From: Fibrobacteria bacterium
GTDB lineage: Bacteria > Fibrobacterota > Chitinivibrionia > Chitinivibrionales > FEN-1185
DNA length: 64,000 nucleotides
Direction of reading: 5' to 3'
Assembly (NCBI GenBank): GCA_037447435.1
Contig: JBBIGR010000017.1
Span: forward strand, 28,985 to 92,984
In this document: positions 56,938 to 64,000 of the stretch, one piece after another
Layout: each line of letters begins with the position of its first letter
Numbering within the stretch: position 1 is the stretch's first letter
Notes under the pieces: model-generated
The model's database searches: none
The model's input: the letters and a program-made list of their open reading frames with translations, nothing else
Told to the model about the DNA's origin: nothing
Position numbers and translations under genes: made by a program

Positions 56938-58143
56938 CTATTGCGGAAGCAATACGGTTACCGCCGTACCCGCAGTTTTCCCGGGAAATTTCCCCGATTG
57001 AATCATTTCCATCGTGTAGCTTTCAATGTTGATTTTTGCATTATGATTATCGACCAGGATTTTATGGGCGATAGTGCCGCCTTTGCCGCCGTAAATTTTT
57101 GTTTTTGTAAAAAGAGGCAAAAACACCAGGTCGATGTTGTTCTCGGGTATGCCCTTCCCCGTATCGGCGATTGTCAGTATCACGGTTTCATCGGAATAAT
57201 GGGCGTTTATGTTCAACGTGCCGACTGCTGGCATGGCTTCGATGCTGTTTTTTAGTATCTGAAAAAATGCATGCCGCAATTGCATCGGATGGCATTTCAC
57301 GTAAATGTCGGCCGGGACCGTATCGTGGACTATAATGCTGCCGAGGTTAATTTCCCCCATGATATCGTTCATGCTTTTCTCTATAATATCCCGGAGCAAT
57401 ACCGATTTTTTCGGGGCCTTGTTTTTTTCGAACAGGGAATTTAAAAATTCCGTATATTCTTTAAGCCGGTTACTCAACTTTTCCTGTGAGGTCCGCACTT
57501 TCCTTAACACTTGAAGTTGCGTCTCTTGCAAAGAGGATTTCGGATCTTCGCTCATCATTTCCAATTGATAGGTACAGGCCGAAAATCCGGCATTGATATT
57601 ATTCAATTCATGATTGGCCGCCAGCGCGACGGCAATACCGCTTGCCAAAGACGATTCGTGCTTTTCCATAGTAACCAATTGTTTCTGCGCAGCATATAAT
57701 TCAAGTTGAATTTCCTTTTGTTCGTGTGAAAATTTCTCCATGGATTCGGACAATTGTTTCATGAGTTCCCTCTCTCGAAGGTCCTCTCTCAAATCAACGG
57801 TAAACACGCTTTGCTGCCAGGGTTTCTGGATATATCGATGTATAGGAATGCCGCCGGTTTCGGCCGCGGAAAGGGCAACGCCGTCATCTTCGGCCGTTAT
57901 AATGTAAACGAGAGGATTTTTCACGATCGTGATCAATTTCCGAATAAAATCCGTTCCGAGCATTCCGGGCATTATCTGATCGACCAGAAAAGCATCGTAC
58001 GATTTTTTCGAAACCTTTTCCAAGGCTTCGTTTCCGCTGAGTGCCACATCCCCGTTATAAATCTCCAGGACTTTCAACGAATCGCGAATGGCAAAGGCGA
58101 CGACTTCCTCATCGTCAACTATCAGAACATCATATTTTTTCAC
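56938..58143 (-). CDS. REC-HisKA-HATPase hybrid kinase
   Basis: VLIVDDE, VDQIMP, KPW, HELNN, KNSIEAM, DTGKGI. Atypical G2 box (GGKGG). GTG 58143 with GGAG RBS. Confidence 0.85.
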   Translation of the reverse strand: MKKYDVLIVDDEEVVAFAIRDSLKVLEIYNGDVALSGNEALEKVSKKSYDAFLVDQIMPGMLGTDFIRKLITIVKNPLVYIITAEDDGVALSAAETGGIPIHRYIQKPWQQSVFTVDLREDLRERELMKQLSESMEKFSHEQKEIQLELYAAQKQLVTMEKHESSLASGIAVALAANHELNNINAGFSACTYQLEMMSEDPKSSLQETQLQVLRKVRTSQEKLSNRLKEYTEFLNSLFEKNKAPKKSVLLRDIIEKSMNDIMGEINLGSIIVHDTVPADIYVKCHPMQLRHAFFQILKNSIEAMPAVGTLNINAHYSDETVILTIADTGKGIPENNIDLVFLPLFTKTKIYGGKGGTIAHKILVDNHNAKINIESYTMEMIQSGKFPGKTAGTAVTVLLPQ

Positions 58144-59785
58144 TGGCACTCCTTTTTTTAGGAAGTTCGAGAACGAATGTCGTTCCCTGCCCGGCATCGG
58201 ATTTATCCATAAAAAGCCTTCCCCCGTGTCTGGCTGCAAGAGAACTGCTTATCGTCAAACCCAATCCCGTCCCCTTTCCGATATCTTTTGTCGTATAAAA
58301 AGGTTCGAAAATATGGGGCAATTCGGCGGACGATATGCCCGTTCCGGTATCGTTGACGCTGACGGCGATATTTTCTCCGCAATCAACGGCTTTGATCGTG
58401 ATTTTGCCTTTGTCGGGAATCGCATCGATAGCATTATTGACCACATTCAGAATAATTTGCCCGACTTCGCTTCCGCAGACTTCGATAGCCGGAATATCGC
58501 CGTATATTTTTTCGATTTCAATTCTGTTCTTATATTCCTTGCTCAAAAGCGTCAATTGCATCTCGATTTCTTCTTTTATGTCTATGAAATGCCATTTTTG
58601 CGGTCTATGCGCGCCTTTAACTGCGCTCACGATGCTCGTTATACGCGAAATCGCGCGGATGTCCCTTGTTATGATCTCCTGTAAATCGTTTCGGCCGTCT
58701 TGCTCGGGCAATCTTGTCGTGATATGCCGCATCGTATGCAAATCGCTCGTTATGGCTGCGGCGGGATTATTGATTTCATGGGCAATGCCTGCGGCAATTC
58801 TTCCCATCACCGCATTTTGTTCGGAACGAAACAGGCTTTCCTCAAGTTCCTTTTTCTTTTCTTCGTCCTGCTTTTGCTTTGTAATATTTCTCGCGACAAC
58901 GGTATATCCGAACGGAGCGCCCGAAGCGTTTTTCATCATGGATATTTTTGCGAGAAACCATGCTTTTTGCGGACTTTCGGCAATGGAATACGTAAATTCG
59001 GTCTGCTTCCCGTATTTTTGTATTCGCTCGATTCCCGTATCGAGGCCGTCGACGATTTGCTTCGGTAATACTTCGTCGTATTTTTTTCCAATGAATTCTT
59101 CCGGCAAATCAACGAAATCGCTTCCTTCAAACGGCTTGAATATTCGTATAAGTTCGCCATCTGTCGTCAGGGAAAAAACCACGTCGCTTATGGAAGATAG
59201 CAGCATGCTCAGCTCGCTGTTTTTATTTATTAATTCATTTTCTATGACCACGAGCTTTTCCTGCGTTTGTCGCCGTATCGATTCGAATACATAGGTCATT
59301 GCCGTAATCACCGCATAGGTGAACAAAAAACGGATGATAAACACGGTCGAATATTCGTTTGCTGAATCGGAGAAATAAAAAAACATCATCATTGCCGTTG
59401 CAATAAGCATGGTCACGCCCGACCAAATCAAACCTTCCTTTTCTCCGGACAAAAAGATCGCGAGCAAGGGCACCGTGTAGTACCAAAAGATGATGCCGGA
59501 ATGCGCCGATTTTTCCATGGCCCCAACAAGTGAAACCACGACCAACAACAGGAGTTGGATTATTCGAGTTGCACCCTTTAACCTCTTTGTTTTTTGAAAC
59601 CAAAACAAATTGATCAGGACTAAAATACCGATAATCAAATCTACTGTCCCAATCCCATTTTCCCAAAATAAAAATGCCCGTATTGCGAAAAAAATCAATG
59701 TGGCCGCACCAAGCAGAGACAATATCTGCAGAAGCAGTATCTTTTGCTTTTCCCAAACGGTTTCAACGATTATACCGGAAGGCAT
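58130..59785 (-). CDS. Membrane sensor histidine kinase (multi-TM + PAS)
   Basis: About 5-6 N-terminal TM segments, PAS/PAC, AHEINNP, NAIDA, DTGTGI, GTGLGL. Likely start ATG 59785. Confidence 0.9.
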   Translation of the reverse strand: MPSGIIVETVWEKQKILLLQILSLLGAATLIFFAIRAFLFWENGIGTVDLIIGILVLINLFWFQKTKRLKGATRIIQLLLLVVVSLVGAMEKSAHSGIIFWYYTVPLLAIFLSGEKEGLIWSGVTMLIATAMMMFFYFSDSANEYSTVFIIRFLFTYAVITAMTYVFESIRRQTQEKLVVIENELINKNSELSMLLSSISDVVFSLTTDGELIRIFKPFEGSDFVDLPEEFIGKKYDEVLPKQIVDGLDTGIERIQKYGKQTEFTYSIAESPQKAWFLAKISMMKNASGAPFGYTVVARNITKQKQDEEKKKELEESLFRSEQNAVMGRIAAGIAHEINNPAAAITSDLHTMRHITTRLPEQDGRNDLQEIITRDIRAISRITSIVSAVKGAHRPQKWHFIDIKEEIEMQLTLLSKEYKNRIEIEKIYGDIPAIEVCGSEVGQIILNVVNNAIDAIPDKGKITIKAVDCGENIAVSVNDTGTGISSAELPHIFEPFYTTKDIGKGTGLGLTISSSLAARHGGRLFMDKSDAGQGTTFVLELPKKRSASEKI

Positions 59786-59948
59786 ACGCTCTTTTGCTTT
59801 TTGGTTGCTATTCGACAAATCTTTGTAACCTGTAAACAGCCGGCACGTTATTTCCAACTTGCCGTTGTATAATTGTAACCCATAAACGCTTTCTTTTCAA
59901 TTGTTTTCGGATGGATATGAAACAGGCCGGGCCGTGGAATAGGTCCGT

Positions 59949-60374
59949 TTATTGCGAGAGTATATTCGGCACTAAATTGACATCGATCCAATAATGAAGG
60001 ACGGCTTTGATATTTTCGACGAACAGCGTAATATCGTACGTTTTATGAACGTATCCGTTTGCACCCGCGCCATAGGCGGCCATTATATCGGAATCCAGAT
60101 TTGACGAGGTCAACATTAAGACCGGGGTAAATTCATTTTCTTTATGTGCCCGAATTCTTCGCAGAATGTCGGTACCGTCCATGCCGGGCAATTTAAAATC
60201 CAAAAGGATGACCGCGGGCGGCGGATTATTTTGCAACCACAGCAATGCGGATGCGCCGTCTTTTACCGCATCGATAACGCAATCGGGGCGGGATATCTTT
60301 ATCGCGCGTTTCACGATAATAAGTTCATCGGTGCTGTCGTCCACCATCAATATTGCGTTACGATTATTCGCCAT
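59949..60374 (-). CDS. Single-domain response regulator (Rcp1-like)
   Basis: ILMVDDS, ILLDFKLPGMDG, LTSS, GANGYVHK. Start at 60374 or 60389. Confidence 0.9.
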   Translation of the reverse strand: MANNRNAILMVDDSTDELIIVKRAIKISRPDCVIDAVKDGASALLWLQNNPPPAVILLDFKLPGMDGTDILRRIRAHKENEFTPVLMLTSSNLDSDIMAAYGAGANGYVHKTYDITLFVENIKAVLHYWIDVNLVPNILSQ

Positions 60375-61509
60375 CGCCCGATCTTTCATTTTTAGGTTTC
60401 AAATTACATGTAAAATAAAATGTCGCGCCTTTTCCAATCGCACTTTCGGCCCAAACGGTTCCCCCGTGTTTCTCGATCACCCGCTTTACAATTGCCAACC
60501 CTATACCCGTACCGGGGAATTCGCTCTCCGTGTGGAATCTTCTGAAAGGCTCAAAAAGCTTGTCCGCAAATGCCATATCGAAACCGACCCCGTTATCGCG
60601 AACAAAATAAACTTTTTGTCCCGCTTTTTCCAAGGCGCCGAATTCGATTTTCGCATCCGGTGTTTTACTCGAATATTTCCATGCATTGCCGATGAGATTC
60701 GATATCGCGATTTTCATAAGCCCGAAGTCGCCGCATATCTTTACCTCCGGTTCGATGATCGCCTCGATTTCGATCGCCGGATCATCTTGACATAATGTAT
60801 TAAAAACGGTTTCCGAAACGGCGCTGAGATCGATTTCCTGCGTCTGAATTTCCTGCCGAGATATTGTGGACAAATTCAGCATATCGTCGATAATCTCGTT
60901 CATTTTATCGCTGCCCGATACGATCCGCCCGATGTATTCTTTTGCTTGTTCGTCAAGTTTATCCGCATAGTCTTCCAAAAGGAATTTGCTGAAGCCTTTC
61001 ATTGCCCGCAACGGAGCGCGCAAGTCGTGTGAGATGGAATAGGAATAGGATTCAAGTTCTTTGTTGGTTGCGGCAAGCTTATCCGCATATTTTTTCAATT
61101 CTTCCATGGCCCGTTTATGTTCCGTTATATCGCGTGCGACAATGACCTGGCCCATGTCTTTCCCGTTTGCGTCCTTTAAAACCGTTGAATTGACATCCGC
61201 ATAAAAGCCGGTGCCGTCTTTCCGGACATACCGGACTTCCCCTTCCCAATAGCCGGTGTCCCAAAGTTTCGATCGTTCCCGGTCACGCGAGGAGCGTTCG
61301 AGTTCGGGTTTTAACAATTCTCCGGAATTTTTACCCAAAGCCTCTTCTTTTGTCCAACCGAATATCCTTTCCGCCGCCTTGTTCCAATACGTAATCGTGT
61401 AGTTTTTGTCGCTGCTGAAAATAGCTTCATGCACTTCCGATAATAAGAGGGCCTTAAAAGCCGACGTTTCCGTGTAGTCGTTCACGCGCTGCTTTTCTTC
61501 TGGATTCAT
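60364..61509 (-). CDS. Cytoplasmic PAS sensor histidine kinase
   Basis: PAS (YWNKAAERIFGW), SYSISHDLRAPLR, NLIGNAWKY, DNGVGFD, GTGIGL. Confidence 0.93.
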   Translation of the reverse strand: MNPEEKQRVNDYTETSAFKALLLSEVHEAIFSSDKNYTITYWNKAAERIFGWTKEEALGKNSGELLKPELERSSRDRERSKLWDTGYWEGEVRYVRKDGTGFYADVNSTVLKDANGKDMGQVIVARDITEHKRAMEELKKYADKLAATNKELESYSYSISHDLRAPLRAMKGFSKFLLEDYADKLDEQAKEYIGRIVSGSDKMNEIIDDMLNLSTISRQEIQTQEIDLSAVSETVFNTLCQDDPAIEIEAIIEPEVKICGDFGLMKIAISNLIGNAWKYSSKTPDAKIEFGALEKAGQKVYFVRDNGVGFDMAFADKLFEPFRRFHTESEFPGTGIGLAIVKRVIEKHGGTVWAESAIGKGATFYFTCNLKPKNERSGDGE

Positions 61510-61912
61510 TTCCGGTTCCTATGTATCTAAAATCACAATTATATGCAAAAGTTGCAGACGAATAAAATGCATTTCGGTTCAATTTTTTGTTACTAAAAAA
61601 TGAGCTATTTTTGAATTACCCCATACTTCCCTTATTCGCGAAAATCGGAATATTTTTTTTAATATTGCAAAACCCGTTTTTATTTCACTCTTGTATTAAT
61701 TGACAATTTGCGTATCAAAATGAAAATGAGAGGGAGATATCCGTTTTTATTGGACTTTCGATTGTCGAAATGCATTTTTTATCAAACGATTTTTACTTCT
61801 TCGATTCAAAAATATTCTTTTGTGTCCCGATTATTTGATTTTTTGAAAAAAAATGGTCTTTTTACGACACTTTTGTCGATTTTTTCCGTGAAAATGTAAA
61901 AACGACGACGCT

Positions 61913-62019
61913 TTTTCTCATCCTCGATAAAAAAATGGGCATTTGACGACCGTTTTAACGATTTTTGGTCCGAAAACGGCCAAATCATGACGTGTTTTCT
62001 CATCCCCAGTAAAAAAATG
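61913..62019 (+). repeat. Two 25-nt imperfect direct repeats
   Basis: TTTTCTCATCCtcgaTAAAAAAATG (61913-61937) and TTTTCTCATCCccagTAAAAAAATG (61995-62019), 22/25 identical. Confidence 0.7.
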
Positions 62020-62148
62020 CCTTAACAAATCATTATTTCTCATTTCCTATACGTTAAAACTGCAATAATAGGAGTAATTTTTCCCATTGCCGATAATTTT
62101 ATCAAATTGAAAAGAGTTTTCAAACCTATAACAATTTTTCACGGAATA

Positions 62149-62164
62149 TGGTACGGCAATTGCA
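62149..62164 (+). promoter_or_regulatory. sigma54 (RpoN) -24/-12 promoter
   Basis: TGGTAC-GGCAA-TTGCA (GG-N10-GC), about 45 nt upstream of ATG 62210. Confidence 0.82.
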
Positions 62165-62209
62165 TAGTAATATAACGTTTTTTAAAACATTTAACCATTG
62201 GGAGGAGGT

Positions 62210-62977
62210 ATGAATAAGTTCATCAAGGAGTTCTCGACTTCGTTACTTGTCCCAAGCGAATTCGTGGCTTGCGCAGGACGGTTCAATCAAATTTTGTCCA
62301 ATGTGCAAAACGATGCGTTTGTTACAAGTCAGTCCGGCAAAATGATGGATTCGGCGTCCAGGGTCGAAGAGGCGATACAGGCAAAAAAGGTCAGATTATT
62401 TACAGACGATCTTGCGGCAAAAGAGGAAGCGCGCAATGAGGCTTTCCTCGATTTATATAATTATCTGGAAGGGACCTCGCAAATCGGTGCCCGGCCGGAA
62501 AATAAAGCCGATGCGGATTTTCTCCTGACCATAATCAAAAAAGCCGGTAACAGATTGGACAAACTTGCCTCGACAAAGAAAACCGGTTCCATAACCACGT
62601 TGCTGGATAATTTCAAGGAACCTACGGCCCTGGAAACTATCGGCCGGCTTGGAATCGCCGACCTTGTCGATGCATTGACAAAAGCTCAGACGGAATTTGA
62701 AGGGATTTATCGGACTAAAATAAAGGCCGAAGCAAAAATAGTCCAAACAAACGATGCGCATGCCGAATGCAAGGAGGTCGGATATCATATCTGCAGTTTG
62801 CTTCAATATGTAGATGCACAGTCTCAAATCGATCCAAGTTTTAACGGTGTCATATCCGAACTCAATGAAGTGATTTCGGATGTAATGTCGAAAGCGCATA
62901 GCCGTAAAACGCGTTCTAAAGATAATGGAGAAACATCATCCGTGGAATCCGTAAAACCATCGGAAAAAAATGCATGA
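62210..62977 (+). CDS. All-helical hypothetical protein, possibly DUF6261-like
   Basis: ATG 62210 with GGAGGAGG RBS. Amphipathic helical pattern throughout. Family resemblance is by eye only. Confidence 0.6.
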   Translation: MNKFIKEFSTSLLVPSEFVACAGRFNQILSNVQNDAFVTSQSGKMMDSASRVEEAIQAKKVRLFTDDLAAKEEARNEAFLDLYNYLEGTSQIGARPENKADADFLLTIIKKAGNRLDKLASTKKTGSITTLLDNFKEPTALETIGRLGIADLVDALTKAQTEFEGIYRTKIKAEAKIVQTNDAHAECKEVGYHICSLLQYVDAQSQIDPSFNGVISELNEVISDVMSKAHSRKTRSKDNGETSSVESVKPSEKNA

Positions 62978-63007
62978 TGGTTAGGAAAAAAGAGCGATGA
63001 AAAACGA

Positions 63008-63034
63008 TAAGGAGTCCCTGCATGGGGCTCCTTA
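63008..63034 (+). terminator. Hairpin terminator after the helical protein gene
   Basis: TAAGGAGTCCC-tgcat-GGGGCTCCTTA. Confidence 0.65.
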
Positions 63035-63156
63035 AATTATTTGTTGTAGAATTTTTTATACCATCCCTAAATCGCAATTATTATTTAATTAACACCCTCT
63101 TTGTCTCATTCAATATGAACCAAGAAATATTGAGTATTAAAAATTATTAATTTAAT

Positions 63157-63185
63157 TTGACTTATATACGCCATTGGCGTATATT
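63157..63185 (+). promoter_or_regulatory. sigma70 promoter with overlapping palindromic operator for the TA operon
   Basis: TTGACT-N17-TATATT. Perfect palindrome ATATACGCCA-T-TGGCGTATAT (63164-63184). Confidence 0.85.
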
Positions 63186-63194
63186 GAGGACGGT

Positions 63195-63509
63195 ATGGAA
63201 ATAATTGAAACTTCTGTTTTCACAAAATCTATTACCGAGCTTTTGCCTGATGATGAATATAAAATGTTGCAGCATTATCTTATTTCCAGGCCAGATGCCG
63301 GAGCAATAGTTGTAAGTGGCGGAGGACTTCGAAAACTTCGTTGGAGTGTCCCGGGACATGGAAAAAGTGGAGGTGTTCGAATTATTTATTATTGGAACCA
63401 TGCAGATTCAATTTATATGTTGCTATGTTATCAGAAAAATGAACAGGAAAATTTGACGCCAAAACAATTATCGGTTTTGCGTACTTATATCAAGGATTAT
63501 TTATTATGA
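63195..63509 (+). CDS. higB: Type II toxin, RelE/HigB-2 family
   Basis: IETSVF, L...PDAG, GGLRKLRW, GKSGGVRIIYY, Y.KNEQENL. Confidence 0.92.
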   Translation: MEIIETSVFTKSITELLPDDEYKMLQHYLISRPDAGAIVVSGGGLRKLRWSVPGHGKSGGVRIIYYWNHADSIYMLLCYQKNEQENLTPKQLSVLRTYIKDYLL

Positions 63510-63796
63510 AAAAAGAAAACTTTAACGAATTATTAGCCAGTATCAAAGAAGCTGGGAAAATTAAAAAAGGCAAAATGAAACCGTCTCGAGTTTTCTCTTA
63601 TTCGAGTCCGGATATTAAAGCTATTCGCGAAAAGCTGCATGTATCGCAAAACGAATTTGCCCATATGATCGGCGTAAGTGAAAATACAATCCAAAATTGG
63701 GAACAAGGAAGACGGAAGCCTGAAGGACCGGCAATTGCATTGTTAAGAGTAACGGCAAGTAATCCAAAAGCTGTTCTTGAAGCATTACATTCATAG
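63506..63796 (+). CDS. higA: Type II antitoxin, HigA-like XRE HTH
   Basis: FNELLASIKEA, IREKLHVSQNEFA, NWEQGRRKPEGPA. ATGA overlap with the toxin. Confidence 0.92.
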   Translation: MKKENFNELLASIKEAGKIKKGKMKPSRVFSYSSPDIKAIREKLHVSQNEFAHMIGVSENTIQNWEQGRRKPEGPAIALLRVTASNPKAVLEALHS

Positions 63797-64000
63797 CCGA
63801 AACCTATTAATTAAATTACCCAAAGCTCTCAATCTTCTCTTTGCACTCCTTTTTTGTCAGCTTCTCCATTTTTTCAGCTCAAAACTCCGACAAATAAGCA
63901 TTTATCATTGCGATAAAGCTTGTTCTTACGACAAACCGTTTAAAACCTTTTAAACCGCTTTACTCATAACGTATAAAACTTGCCTTTTTCAACCGGAACA

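Noticed and set aside
58335..59294. 319-aa plus-strand ORF, and similar antisense ORFs at 42696-43388 and 45613-46437
   Set aside because: Fully antisense to well-supported genes, with no recognisable domains.
61913..62019. CRISPR mini-array
   Set aside because: Only two non-identical copies with a 57-nt gap, and no cas genes.
63800..64000. Partial gene at the right edge
   Set aside because: All minus frames hit stops within about 40 nt of the edge. At most a gene's last codons (..VPVEKGKFYTL*) are present, which is not enough to call.

Overview
Gene-dense, AT-rich bacterial chromosome window with about 57 CDS and one tRNA-Pro(CGG). I saw no CRISPR array, integrase, transposase or phage gene. 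The mix of FlgD-Ig/T9SS-like C-terminal domains, a flagellin, a GcvPA/PB glycine cleavage system and many hybrid kinases suggests a flagellated FCB-group organism such as Fibrobacterota/Chitinivibrionia; this is inference only. Housekeeping blocks: rsmI, RluA- and RlmL-like RNA modification genes, comEC, gcvT-H-PA-PB, PPi-type PFK, M16 peptidase pair-folK-dNK-panC-GH13, cstA, larE, folE. The best candidate for an undescribed system is at 25.9-33.3 kb on the minus strand. An operon encodes a membrane Ser/Thr kinase with a PEGA domain, a secreted TPR protein ending in a beta-signal-like tail, a lipoprotein and an FHA-like/GAF/sigma54 activator. Immediately after it lie a candidate enhancer repeat and a correctly spaced sigma54 -24/-12 promoter, in front of a secreted LamG-cohesin-dockerin-CTD protein. 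Other signals read directly from the DNA: a sigma28 promoter with CsrA-type sites on an orphan flagellin, a second sigma54 promoter with upstream 25-nt direct repeats, a palindromic higBA operator, a probable ATT/ATC start codon, and a TPM-nucleotidyltransferase-LemA operon. All product calls come from motif recognition by eye; no database searches were run.
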